Assembly (NCBI GenBank): GCA_963701075.1
Contig: OY969559.1
Location: 1,696,001-1,760,000, forward strand
DNA: 64,000 nt
Source of the DNA: an uncultured Nitrososphaerota archaeon
GTDB lineage: Archaea > Thermoproteota > Nitrososphaeria > Nitrososphaerales > Nitrosopumilaceae
Direction of reading: 5' to 3'
Numbering within the stretch: position 1 is the stretch's first letter; the number at the start of each line of letters is the position of its first letter. Both the position numbers and the translations under genes were made by a program. Of this stretch, positions 19,244 to 29,590 are shown piece after piece. Below the pieces are notes generated by a model. It saw only the letters and a program-made list of their open reading frames with translations. It searched no databases and had not been told where the DNA came from.

Positions 19244-20005
19244 CTATTTGCAGACAGAATTCTGTCCTGGATACAATTCCCAATTTCCTCCGGCATTTTT
19301 CTTAAATTCTATCATTTGTTTACCAATGGCATCATGAGTGTATTTAGTAATTATCTTACCAGTCACTTCTGAATACGGCGCAAAATAATATTCGGAGCGT
19401 ATGAAAAGATATGTGTTGTTTGAGTTTTGAGTTTTGTTTAATGTAGGCAAAAGTTGTAATATGTGTAATTTTTCTTCAACAGGATCAACCAGTTCTGGAT
19501 TTGAATCATTTCCTAGAGTTCCCACTTCATCTCCAGTGGTTTGATTTTCGTTATCAGTTGGAAGAGTGTAATACCTAAAAAGAGTGGTTAACATGAATTT
19601 CAGTGTTACAGGATCACCATTTTTATTTAAAATAATTGTGGAATATGCAATATCATTATCATCTGCTTCATAATTACAGTAAGAAAGATCAGTCTGGAAT
19701 GGAGTCTCGTCACTATATTCTTTCATGATGGTTTGTTGTGATATGTTAGAAGACGTACTGTTTTGAACTTGTATTAATTGATCAGTTCTGTTGACCAAGG
19801 TATCCAAACCTGCGGTAGACTTTTGCATTTCTGTTAACAAGTTATCAGTTTTGTTAAGTAACATGGTCAAACTTGCTGTCGTCTTTTACGTATCAGTATC
19901 AATCTGATTAAAATGATATACTTCAACGATGGCAATCACGAATAAAAGAATTGCAACTATAGTGCCACCTATTGTAAATTTGTGCGCTAGCCCTTCTAGA
20001 TGCAT
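19244..20005 (-). pseudogene. Membrane-anchored protein interrupted by an in-frame TAA at 19886-19888
   Basis: ATG 20005 plus TM helix is in frame with the 19244-19870 ORF across one stop (TDT*KTTASL). Confidence 0.6.
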
Positions 20006-20104
20006 ATCAAGTTATGAGTATGGAACATGTATTAAATACCCTAAGAATTCAATAAACCATTTTTCATTACATTTGACAACAATTGATGCATGATGTATCA
20101 TCAA

Positions 20105-20275
20105 TCATTTTTTGGTACCGTCATTGTCATTCAAATCAGAATCCTTCGGTTTTTTCTTGTCCTTTGGCAACCATAGCCTTGCAACAGCGCCCATCATGAA
20201 TCCGCCAACAACAACTATCGCAATTCCACTGATTATCAGAACGATTGCTCTTACAACAGATTTGAAAGATGTCAT
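20105..20275 (-). CDS. Small single-TM protein (56 aa)
   Basis: MTSFKSVVRAIVLIISGIAIVVVGG... followed by a charged tail. Confidence 0.55.
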   Translation of the reverse strand: MTSFKSVVRAIVLIISGIAIVVVGGFMMGAVARLWLPKDKKKPKDSDLNDNDGTKK

Positions 20276-20418
20276 GCATTAGATAGCTTGTCTCCTGTTA
20301 AATAGGGATTGGCAAAATTTACAAGGTATGCACCGTGTAACAGTTCTTTTCATCTGTTTTGATCTTTGACAGAACTGCAGTGTCACCCTTTAAATTGAGC
20401 AGATCTGAGGTTAGATGA

Positions 20419-21228
20419 ATGTCAGACGATACAATTAGACTAGTTCAGTCACTTATTGATTCTAAAAAAGGAGATGCAGGTAGATTACAACAAATTTTGG
20501 ATACATTACAGCAAGGCAAGTCTCTTGACATTTCTGATCAAAATTACTTGCAAGAAATTTCCGCAGAACCACCAAAACAGCCAGATGAAGGCCCTGCAAT
20601 GGTTTCCGGCATTCCCGAAGATGAAACTTCGGACAAGCAAGAGTCTTTTGATTCTCTAGAATCTGCTCCCAAAGAGGAAGAGACCAGCGAGGCCCTCGAT
20701 GATGATGCCGGAATACGAGATGCCAGAAATGCACCTTCAAGAAAAAAGATTGCAGTGGTGGCAGCGGTGATTGTTGCGATAGTTGTGGCATATGTAGGAC
20801 TTGATTCCTATGCAGTAAGTACGCTCCAGTTCCGCCCTGATGCAGAAAATCAATATCAAATGTCGCCCACGCAGATCCACATACAGGCAGATGTGTGCAA
20901 TCCTTCCTTCTTTCCCGCAAGTTTTAACAAGTATGAGATAACCGCATTTTACAATTCAAGTGTCATAGAAACGGCAGAAATGGGCGGAGCCACATTATCT
21001 TCCAAGACCATGTCTACTGTCGATGGCGTCTTTTCATTAAATGCAGATGCCATACTCAAACTAAAACAAGAGAATGCCACATTTGATCCAACATTGGCAA
21101 AGATTACCACTAGTGTTGATGCCCCAATATTTGGAATAATTCCATTTTCTGTGGTAAAGCAATATTCTGCGCAGCAATTCCATGATGTACTCAAAAATGG
21201 CCCTCCTGGTTCTTTTAGTTGCGACTAG
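20419..21228 (+). CDS. Membrane protein: N-terminal GDxxRL domain, acidic linker, TM helix, LEA2-like domain
   Basis: Motifs read directly; CNPSF.P pattern after the TM helix. Confidence 0.6.
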   Translation: MSDDTIRLVQSLIDSKKGDAGRLQQILDTLQQGKSLDISDQNYLQEISAEPPKQPDEGPAMVSGIPEDETSDKQESFDSLESAPKEEETSEALDDDAGIRDARNAPSRKKIAVVAAVIVAIVVAYVGLDSYAVSTLQFRPDAENQYQMSPTQIHIQADVCNPSFFPASFNKYEITAFYNSSVIETAEMGGATLSSKTMSTVDGVFSLNADAILKLKQENATFDPTLAKITTSVDAPIFGIIPFSVVKQYSAQQFHDVLKNGPPGSFSCD

Positions 21229-21732
21229 TTAGATTTTTCCTCGTTCCTTGAGTCTTTGCAGCATTCTCTTCTCACCGTCATCAAATCTTTGCCTGTCTTC
21301 CTCGGTTTCAAGTAAAAGCGGCGGCACTTCAGCCGTCTTGCCATTAGGTCCCAGTGCAACAGTCGTAACATAGGCGGTATTTGTCAGGGTTCTAGTTCCA
21401 GTAATCAAGTCTTCTGCCTCTACCTTGATCTCTATTTCCATCGAGGAGCGATGAACATAGTTTAGCCTCGCATTGATAATTAGTGCATTTCCAACATAGA
21501 CAGGCTTGAGAAAATTTACCCGGTCTATGCTTGCTGTCACAGCATTGGTTCGCGAATGCCTCTGCGATACAAGTCCTGCAATCAGATCAATCTGTTTTAG
21601 TATCTCGCCACCAAAAACGTTCCCTGCAGGATTGGCATCAGATGGAAACATCCTGACAGTCATTTCTGCTTTTGACTCGTTTGGACTCTTTGGTGGAAGA
21701 ACCATATTGTTGTCAAAAATCAAAACATGCAT
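21229..21732 (-). CDS. Acyl-CoA thioesterase (hotdog fold)
   Basis: P.DANP.GNVFGG.IL..ID, VTASID...F.KPV..G. Confidence 0.9.
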   Translation of the reverse strand: MHVLIFDNNMVLPPKSPNESKAEMTVRMFPSDANPAGNVFGGEILKQIDLIAGLVSQRHSRTNAVTASIDRVNFLKPVYVGNALIINARLNYVHRSSMEIEIKVEAEDLITGTRTLTNTAYVTTVALGPNGKTAEVPPLLLETEEDRQRFDDGEKRMLQRLKERGKI

Positions 21733-21948
21733 TTATGAGTTGTTTTTCTTGTTGTTCTCGTTGTCTACTGATGAGCTAGTACCAGACTCGTCGTACGAGT
21801 ACAAAGAGTCATCTCTCACATAAGTTCCGTTGTCGGCAAACTTGCTTGAATTGTCTCCCCCCTTCTTTTTGTACCAGAACCTGAAAATCACTGTAAGAGG
21901 ACCTCCAACGAGTCCAATGAACAAAGGAATGGTCCAATCAATGAACAT
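21733..21948 (-). CDS. Small single-TM protein
   Basis: N-terminal hydrophobic helix followed by KKK. Confidence 0.55.
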   Translation of the reverse strand: MFIDWTIPLFIGLVGGPLTVIFRFWYKKKGGDNSSKFADNGTYVRDDSLYSYDESGTSSSVDNENNKKNNS

Positions 21949-22072
21949 GTGTCAACTCACCTCAAACTCTAATATCAATGTCGTGGCCCTGTGACATCTT
22001 AGTGTAGGATCATACTTAAACTGCAACAAAGCCTAAAAATGTCTTTATTGGACATAAGGCAATCATGACCTG

Positions 22073-22282
22073 ATGAAATATTTTTGGTGGAGGCTCTTAG
22101 ATTATGCAACTGGAGTCTTTGTCGGCGGAGGAGTTGTATTTCTTATTTCCAAGTTTGTTTGCCACAGGTGTCTTGGATCATATACCACTATTTTGTTTCT
22201 TGCAGTATGGATTGGTTTTATGCTTTTAGTGAATTTTGTATTTCAGAGAGCAAAGCCGCAAAGCATGTCAAAGGATAACTAA
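22073..22282 (+). CDS. Small two-TM membrane protein
   Basis: Two hydrophobic segments flanking CHRC. Confidence 0.55.
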   Translation: MKYFWWRLLDYATGVFVGGGVVFLISKFVCHRCLGSYTTILFLAVWIGFMLLVNFVFQRAKPQSMSKDN

Positions 22283-22344
22283 CGTTTGCAGTGTAGTGCA
22301 CTATATTCCCAGTCTTTATCATTGGTAGACACCATACAAGAACC

Positions 22345-22701
22345 ATGCAAGCAAAATTAGTTACAAATGAATATGATCCATCCAAGGTAAGATATTCACT
22401 GGACAGACTCTTGATAAACAGGAGCAACGAGTTTCATGAGATTGCTCATGCAATTGGATATCCCATCACACAGCAGTGCTGGGAGGAATTCATACTAAGG
22501 TTCTGCCTTGAGTTTGATGACTGTTTTAAGATGTGGTCAGACAAGGAAGATTATGTCAATCACAATAAGGTCCACAAGTGCATGACAATGATGAGACAGA
22601 TTGCAGTGGGAAAGCAAAACATGACTGAGGTTACCAAGCTTCAAAACGCCGCATACAGAATTGCAGAAGACTTCAAAATACTGTACCACAGACTCAAGTG
22701 A
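22345..22701 (+). CDS. Hypothetical protein
   Basis: Clean 118-aa ORF. Confidence 0.65.
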   Translation: MQAKLVTNEYDPSKVRYSLDRLLINRSNEFHEIAHAIGYPITQQCWEEFILRFCLEFDDCFKMWSDKEDYVNHNKVHKCMTMMRQIAVGKQNMTEVTKLQNAAYRIAEDFKILYHRLK

Positions 22702-22744
22702 CTTGCCAGAAAACAAATATAGCTACTGATAATATTCCTAGTGA

Positions 22745-23155
22745 ATGAACATATTTGAAGAGTTTTGCAGGGAGGTAGTTGAACTGGATCCCAAAATAAG
22801 ATTTGCGGGAATTGCAGATGTGGATGGAAAGCTAGAGTCCACAGCAGATAGAAAAGGACTTGTGCCATTGCTAAGTGCGGAAGAAAGGGCCCAGTATGCA
22901 ATCACGGCTGCAACAAGACAGTATACCAGATTAAGGTGGGAATACAGGCTTGGGAAGATATCATATGCAAGTTCGCATTATACAAAATTGATTAGAGCTA
23001 CTATTCCCATTGCAGACGAGAACAGCAGACTAGCACATGTGTTATTGCTCTCATTTGATGCCGATGCGGACAATTTTCACCAGATAATCACAAAGAAGAT
23101 CATCCCTCTAGTCGCAAAAAACATGGGTAAATTTCTCAAGGCTACAGAAAAATAA
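22745..23155 (+). CDS. Roadblock/profilin-like small AOA protein (DUF6659-type)
   Basis: C..V..LDP.IRFAGI.D..G.L.....R.GL.PLL...E; LG...Y....Y.K..RATIP. Confidence 0.7.
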   Translation: MNIFEEFCREVVELDPKIRFAGIADVDGKLESTADRKGLVPLLSAEERAQYAITAATRQYTRLRWEYRLGKISYASSHYTKLIRATIPIADENSRLAHVLLLSFDADADNFHQIITKKIIPLVAKNMGKFLKATEK

Positions 23156-23191
23156 CAAAACCGATAATTACTAAATATTTTATAGTAAACT

Positions 23192-24052
23192 ATGCCTGCA
23201 TCAACAGACAGTAGTCCGGAAGACATACTAAAAGCAGAACAACAGTTTTCCAAACCACACCGTAAAACTCTACGTAAGGAGTTCTACACTCTTGCGATAA
23301 AATTCATTGTGGTATCAGTAGGTTCATGGATTTCTCTTCACCTGTTTGAATTATTTGTGGCACCGTCGCTTGGTGTCACACACACTCACATTCAGATTGT
23401 AAGTGTCATAGCCATAGTAATCATATCATTTGCCGTAATCAAAGCAACAAGACGTCTGCTTAAGGAATTTGCAAGAAAAACGCACCCACAGTTTTCTGCC
23501 AGCTTGTCATTTTTTATAATAATATTTGTCTCCCTTATTGCAAGTTTTGCCATTTTGCATCAATTAAACGTCAACCCACAAGAGATCCTAATCAGTGGGG
23601 GTGTAGCTGCAATCATTTTAGGTATCGGAGTATCCACCATCATAGGAAACATACTTTCAGGCGGATTGATACTTACAACTTATCCTGCCAAGATTGGAGA
23701 TACCATTCATGTTGTAGGTGACAACATTCGAGGAAAGATTGACGAGATCAACATGTTTTACACAAAAATACAGACTGATGAAGGCAAAGAATACATCATA
23801 CCAAACAACGCAATAATACAAGGCAACGTCAGAATACTAAAGGACATTCCAATTACAGAACAGTTGCCCTATTCTGAAGGCGACGTAGTAGAGATAACAG
23901 GTTCACTTGAAAAATATATTGGAACAGTAATCAGAATCACATCAAAATTTACTACAATCCTAAATGACGAGCGAACCAAAGAATACATCTTGGCAAACAG
24001 CATGGTTTTGCAAGGCAATTTTACCATAGTAAAACATAGGACAAAATCCTAA
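23192..24052 (+). CDS. MscS-family mechanosensitive channel
   Basis: TM helices, GV..IILG.G....IGNI.SG, P.KIGD.I, YIIPN. Confidence 0.82.
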   Translation: MPASTDSSPEDILKAEQQFSKPHRKTLRKEFYTLAIKFIVVSVGSWISLHLFELFVAPSLGVTHTHIQIVSVIAIVIISFAVIKATRRLLKEFARKTHPQFSASLSFFIIIFVSLIASFAILHQLNVNPQEILISGGVAAIILGIGVSTIIGNILSGGLILTTYPAKIGDTIHVVGDNIRGKIDEINMFYTKIQTDEGKEYIIPNNAIIQGNVRILKDIPITEQLPYSEGDVVEITGSLEKYIGTVIRITSKFTTILNDERTKEYILANSMVLQGNFTIVKHRTKS

Positions 24053-24054
24053 GA

Positions 24055-24411
24055 TTAATTGCTGCCACCGTTGACTTTAATCTGAGCCATGTTGCGCTGC
24101 TCAACATACATCTGTACCCTAGTATCTGAACAAAACGGATAGGTTTGCTCCTGGCCCTTGTTTTGCTGACAGAATTCCGATATCTGCAACATTTCTTGGT
24201 CACAATCAGATGTGGGGTTTGATACACACGAGTCGATATCGCTTGCAATTGTGCTTATCGTATCAGGAGATTGCATACTAGAAGAAAACTGCGAGTTTCC
24301 CTGATCACTTGACGGTTGATTGAAAAGTGGAAACCCAATGAAGATGAAGAAAAAAGCTGACGATATAGCGAGTATGACTCCAGTGATAATTCCTCCCTTT
24401 TTGTTCATCAA
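24055..24411 (-). CDS. Membrane-anchored Cys-containing hypothetical protein
   Basis: N-terminal TM helix, four Cys. Confidence 0.55.
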   Translation of the reverse strand: MMNKKGGIITGVILAISSAFFFIFIGFPLFNQPSSDQGNSQFSSSMQSPDTISTIASDIDSCVSNPTSDCDQEMLQISEFCQQNKGQEQTYPFCSDTRVQMYVEQRNMAQIKVNGGSN

Positions 24412-24449
24412 ATTTGTTTTATCTCCTCCAAATTATAACCGATGTGGAA

Positions 24450-24872
24450 CTAGGTTACTGTTATCTTCATGGTAAGAGGCGATGACAAGGCATCAGGATT
24501 GCTTATCCCTGACCAAACATAAATCTGCGCGGTATAATTTCCAGGTACTGTCGGCGTCCAAGATTGCGACGGGTTAAGTGTCTGTCCAGCACTTAGTGTT
24601 CCTGTAATCCATGAAAGCTGAACTGCAACTCCATTCTTGTCTATCACTTGAACGATATACGCAAATGGTTGGTCTGTGTTAAGGCCACTTGTTAGATCGG
24701 CTGTAATTTGCACTTGCTTATTTGTAGGAACTGTCCAGACCCCGTTTTGCAGGCTGGCTGACACTCCAGAAAGCTGTGAATGTGCCAAGGGTATTGTCGA
24801 GGATAGGGCAAATAGAATCATGACTGAGAAGGCAATCCATCTTTTCATTAGATTACTTTTCTCTAGTCCCAT
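24450..24872 (-). CDS. Secreted Ig-like beta-sandwich protein (AOA-type)
   Basis: Signal peptide; QPFAYIVQV.D..G....LSW..G.L, SWTP..PG.YTA...VW. Confidence 0.75.
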   Translation of the reverse strand: MGLEKSNLMKRWIAFSVMILFALSSTIPLAHSQLSGVSASLQNGVWTVPTNKQVQITADLTSGLNTDQPFAYIVQVIDKNGVAVQLSWITGTLSAGQTLNPSQSWTPTVPGNYTAQIYVWSGISNPDALSSPLTMKITVT

Positions 24873-24896
24873 TTTTTAGCGTTTGTTATTTTGTGA

Positions 24897-25379
24897 CTAG
24901 TTCTTTCTTCGTTTGATTGAGAGGGTTTTCTGTACTTCGTTAATACTGCTCAGAAACTTTTGCTTTGCCTCATACTCGTCTGTTACCTTGATCAAAATCT
25001 CAGTAGGAGAAAACATGACGTCTTTTACAAGTATGGGCAAGCTCAATCCCAAAAGCTCGCTTAGTATGTCAAATATGTTTCTAAACGTGGAACCGCCTTT
25101 GTACTTGAAAAGAGTGTTACCATCTGCAATCTTTGGATTTGGTTCCAGTGGAATCACAAGTTCTTGCGATGTGAATTCGGTGATAAATGTAGAAATGTCT
25201 TCGTTTATCTTAGTTGTTAGAGTTTCCTTTTCTCCCATGAGCTTTTCCTTTGCAGATTCCAACTCTTTTGTGGAATCGTTGTATTGCTCACCTATCATCT
25301 TTGCAAAATTTGATTCAGTTGATATTTTGAGTGGAATTTCATGAATTCTAAAATTTATTGCAGATAGACTCGGTTTCAA
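24897..25379 (-). CDS. Hypothetical protein with coiled coil, directly downstream of the tubulin-like gene
   Basis: Heptad-like ELESAKEKL segment; start uncertain. Confidence 0.6.
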   Translation of the reverse strand: MKPSLSAINFRIHEIPLKISTESNFAKMIGEQYNDSTKELESAKEKLMGEKETLTTKINEDISTFITEFTSQELVIPLEPNPKIADGNTLFKYKGGSTFRNIFDILSELLGLSLPILVKDVMFSPTEILIKVTDEYEAKQKFLSSINEVQKTLSIKRRKN

Positions 25380-25451
25380 CGTCAGTTAGTCGCTGTCTAT
25401 TTTTCTTAATTTGGGTTGCAACTTGTTCCAAGAAATTAAAGTCTGCCATAC

Positions 25452-26847
25452 CTAAGCACTAAACTGATGAACGACGTCCATTAGGCTTTGTTTGAACTCT
25501 TCATTTGTTAGTCCCCATTTGCCATATTCTTCCTTGTAACTATCCCAGGAGGCTTCTGCCTCGCTTGCAATTTCCAAAATCTTGGGCCCAATTGCCTTTG
25601 TGTTTACAAGTATTGTGACATTAGCTTGCTCTGTCTCCAGTATAGGAATCTTGACAAATATCATTCTAGAGTCTTCAATATGGAACCTGTCCTTTATCAT
25701 GTTCTTTAGGATCTCTCTTTCTTTTACATCAAATTCTCCTTTGATTTTGACTAGTGCGACACAAGAATCGCGTTGTCCTCCCTTATCTCTGATATCATTT
25801 TCGTCGATATCAAACAATACTGCATCATCTTTTTTGTGAATGTGATCTGTAATTGCATCCATGGTATTTCCCTTGCCTGCAGACATCAAGTCATTTCCCC
25901 ATTGCTTTTCCTCTGGGACAACTGGAATCACCCATGGTACTGCAAATCTTGGCATCTTTGTTGCAAGCCATGTCCTATAGTTTGACATGTCCCACTCGGT
26001 CTCTCTTGCAAATGATGCAATAAACATGGACATTGCGTTTGCGGCAATCAGGTTCATGCCTTTGTAATCCTTCCAGCCTATTTCATGTTCTTTTGGAAGA
26101 TCATCAATGATTGACTGTATTTTTTCAATTTTTTTCTCATTTTTGTGAGCAACCTCCCTTAGTCTCTTGTTTGAGAACAGGATCGCGCAATCACTGTACT
26201 TTATCTGGTATTCAAGATTCATCACTATGTTGATTGCAGCTGCCTCAAAAATCACCGGGTCCCATCCAAATTCTGGCAAAAGTCCAAACGATGCTATTGT
26301 TGCATGTTCCTTGGAATCCTTCTTTATGTATTCCATAAATGCACTGGCAAATGAACTCCCAGTTCCTCCGCCCATTGCAAAAGGTATTGTAAAGCCCCTG
26401 ACAGGTTCAGGCGATAGCCCTGACAGTTGTTTTTGCAAATCATACTTTTGAGTTACATCAACAGTAAACCTGCTTCTTCCTTCAGCCCAGTTTCTTGCAG
26501 CACCACCTGCTCCATGGATTACATGTTTATCGCGAAGTGCAAACAGATCAGGATATGATTGCAGTATCAGATTCAGCTGCCCTTGGGTCCAAATCAACCA
26601 ACAAGGCCCTTGGAATCAGCGGAATATCATGTCCTCCATAAGAAGTTGGAAATCGTAAAATTGTGCTGCCGTATCTTTTCAAAACACGAGACTCATCTTT
26701 TTCTCCTTTTAATGTAGGCTTGAGAGGATCAGCCCCTACATCAATCAATAATCTTCTGTATGCCTCTGCACCCAAACCTATTCCGCAATGACCAAAACAT
26801 GTCATCAATACTGGCGCTGGTGGTAGCGGGGCATTAAGATTTGACAA
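25452..26847 (-). CDS. Tubulin-like GTPase (artubulin-type), 1-nt insertion at 26574
   Basis: FGHCG..LG (T1), PRALLVDLDP, GAARNWAEG, GGGTGS, DCAILFSN..L; removing C26574 restores DPRAANLILQSYPDLF. Confidence 0.85.
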
Positions 26848-27027
26848 TACTAATCATCATACTACAGAGAACTGCTCACTTTAATCGGATAGTGTAAGAT
26901 TGTAAAGTCGATACTTGATTGTTATAGACATGCAAATAAGGTCAGTACGCTTGAATGCATCACACGTATGACAAATAATTCTTTTTTAAATTTAAAAATT
27001 AAGAAAAAATCATTCTTTTGAAAAAAT

Positions 27028-27330
27028 TTAGAATCCAGTTATGGCTTTTTTCAGGTCTCTGAATTCATCTATTGTTATTTTTCCTTCTGCAAGCCTTATC
27101 CTGAGAAGTTCTATCGGGGTATCGGCTTTTACCTCTTCTGGGACTTTTGACTTGATTTCGGTATTATTTTCCTGCGATTCCCCTGAAATTAGACTTTGAA
27201 TGTACTTGTAATCAGACATGTAGACGGGGTTTTTCTGTTTTATTGAATCCAATATTTCACGCAGTCTCTTTGTGTCTCCCTTGCCAGAGGCAAGAAGAGT
27301 TTTCACGTCTTTTAGCAAGTCTTCGGACAT
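27028..27330 (-). CDS. SHOCT-domain protein with N-terminal GDxxRL domain
   Basis: C-terminal P.ELL..RLA.G.IT.DEF..LK. Confidence 0.75.
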   Translation of the reverse strand: MSEDLLKDVKTLLASGKGDTKRLREILDSIKQKNPVYMSDYKYIQSLISGESQENNTEIKSKVPEEVKADTPIELLRIRLAEGKITIDEFRDLKKAITGF

Positions 27331-27333
27331 GTA

Positions 27334-28146
27334 TTACTTCACAACTGCTTTGAATCGTAGATCATCTTTTAGTCTATTAAATACCGAGTCCTTGACTGCC
27401 CATCCCTTTATCGTCTTTCCATAGTACAGTATTGCCTGCGCAAGCAATTCAAGTGCCTCACGGTCCTCTCCAAGTTCGGCCTTGCTTCTTGCCTTAGAAT
27501 AAATTACTGTGCCATTTTTTGGGTTGTCTTTTAGGACTTTATCAAACAGTACAATCGCATCTTGGTGTTTGCCAAGCTCTGCAAGACTTGTGGCCTTGTA
27601 AAACAAGGCTTCAAAATTTTCTGGTTCTTTTTCTATCACCTTGTCAAAACACAATAATGCGTCGCTGTGTTTCTTCTGTTTTCCAAGTACAAGACCCTTA
27701 AAATAAGTGGCAGAAACATTTTCAGGTTCAATAGACAAAGACTTGTTAAAACATAGAAGGGCTTCATCGTACTTTCCAACTCCAATTTCTGCAATGCCCT
27801 TGTTGTATAGAACTGGCACGTAAGTTGGATCCACTTTCAATGCCTTTTCGTATAGGTTTATCGCTCGTTCAAATTGCTGTTGTTCAGCATATGAATTTCC
27901 CAGATTGTTCAAAGCCAATACATGGTTTGGGTCTTTCTCAAGTATTTTTTCAAAACATGCAACTGCATCTTTGCTTTTCTTTAACTGAATAAGAGACATT
28001 CCTTTGTTGTATAATGCATCCACATTTTTCGGATCGCCCTTTAGAACCTTGTCAAAAAAAGATATGGCATTCTTATGCTTGCCTAGTTTGGCATAGCTCT
28101 TGCCTTCTGATACCATTCCAATAGACTCACTTTGATTTTGTGTCAA
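27334..28146 (-). CDS. Tetratricopeptide repeat protein
   Basis: About 7 repeats of AL.NKG..L......A...F.K.L..DP. Confidence 0.9.
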   Translation of the reverse strand: MTQNQSESIGMVSEGKSYAKLGKHKNAISFFDKVLKGDPKNVDALYNKGMSLIQLKKSKDAVACFEKILEKDPNHVLALNNLGNSYAEQQQFERAINLYEKALKVDPTYVPVLYNKGIAEIGVGKYDEALLCFNKSLSIEPENVSATYFKGLVLGKQKKHSDALLCFDKVIEKEPENFEALFYKATSLAELGKHQDAIVLFDKVLKDNPKNGTVIYSKARSKAELGEDREALELLAQAILYYGKTIKGWAVKDSVFNRLKDDLRFKAVVK

Positions 28147-28223
28147 TTTGATACTATGATTAGTATTGATAGATTATTTGGTGATTTAAGTTTACAGCAA
28201 ATTCTTCATGATGGTATAATGAT

Positions 28224-29516
28224 TTATTGAGGTACAGTACTTTGAGGAAATGCTTTCTTGATGTACCTTGATAGCAACGGATACTGGACTATCAAAGACG
28301 AGAGAACTACTCCGAATGTTATGGGCTCCAAGATGTCCTTGAAATTGCTGTCTGGAAGAGTTGCTACAAGTGCAACAGACAGAGCGCCCCTCATTCCACC
28401 TAGCATTACCACATGTCTCCATGCATGTGGCCATTTTTCATGTGTAAATCTATTGGTTGCAGCAAGTATGGGATATGTAGATGCAGCTCGTGCTGCCAAT
28501 ACCGCACCAAATGCCATTGCAATCAATGGCAGGTTCTTGCCCAAGTCATGAACATCCATACTTAGTCCAAGATACAAAAAGGCTACCGAGTTTGCAAAAA
28601 AGGCAATCATCTCCCAAAAGTGCGAACTGTACATTAGTGTTTTTTCGCTCATTATTCCCTTTCCCTTCATAACTAAATTACCAAAATACAATCCAGCGGC
28701 AGCTGCTGCAACTAGACCAGAAAGTTGCAGTGCGTTTGCAACAACCACAGAACCAAACAAGACAGCAACAGAAAGAGCAGTCTCTGCAAGCGGCTCATCC
28801 ATGAGTTTGAAAAGGAATCTGGCACCCAGTGCAAATCCAAGACCTACAGCTATTCCACCAAAAAATACAATAGCAAAGTGTACCACCTGTTCTGGAATAT
28901 TGACATTTATCTGTCCAATAGTCTCAGGCGATGTCAGTGCAGAGCCTTGAGCTGCAGCTATTGCAATAATAGAAGAAAAGACGATAAGACCTGCAGCATC
29001 ATTAAAGCTGGCTTCTGATTCCATAAGCATTGTCAGCGGTCTTGGGACCTTGACTTGTTTGAATACTTGAATTACAATGGCTGCATCTGTAGGTGCAATT
29101 AGTGCTGCAAATGCGAACGCAACAATAATTGGCAAGCCTGCAACATATGAGAGCAGGAACCCGCCTACTAGGGTAGCAAGAACCACACCAAGAGTTGCAA
29201 GCAGTAAGGATGAAATTCGTATTGCCTTGAATTGTTCACGATCTATTTTCATCATGGCTTCGTAGATTAGAGGCGGGACGATAAAATACAGGATTAGTTT
29301 TGGGTCAACGTGGAACGTGGAAGTATTAAAAATGCCAAATCCTGATGTGTGTACAAGTGATACTGCTATTCCTATTCCTACCAGAACCATGGTATATGGC
29401 AACCTGATCTTTTTTGCAAGTAATGAGGCAAGGAAGATCATACCAAGAAATATGGGAATAATCCATTCTGTTCTAAGCAATGTGCCTATGCTTACGTCAG
29501 CCATCCCTACTTTCAA
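28224..29516 (-). CDS. CPA1-family Na+/H+ antiporter (NhaP/NhaG-like)
   Basis: PPLIYEA, IAPTDA, ESEASFNDA, GGMRGALS.AL. Confidence 0.9.
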   Translation of the reverse strand: MKVGMADVSIGTLLRTEWIIPIFLGMIFLASLLAKKIRLPYTMVLVGIGIAVSLVHTSGFGIFNTSTFHVDPKLILYFIVPPLIYEAMMKIDREQFKAIRISSLLLATLGVVLATLVGGFLLSYVAGLPIIVAFAFAALIAPTDAAIVIQVFKQVKVPRPLTMLMESEASFNDAAGLIVFSSIIAIAAAQGSALTSPETIGQINVNIPEQVVHFAIVFFGGIAVGLGFALGARFLFKLMDEPLAETALSVAVLFGSVVVANALQLSGLVAAAAAGLYFGNLVMKGKGIMSEKTLMYSSHFWEMIAFFANSVAFLYLGLSMDVHDLGKNLPLIAMAFGAVLAARAASTYPILAATNRFTHEKWPHAWRHVVMLGGMRGALSVALVATLPDSNFKDILEPITFGVVLSSLIVQYPLLSRYIKKAFPQSTVPQ

Positions 29517-29590
29517 GGTAACAAATTATAAAAACAGTTCCAAAATGTCGTATAATCTCTTTTTATTTTTCTTTTTTTCGAATTTTGGTG

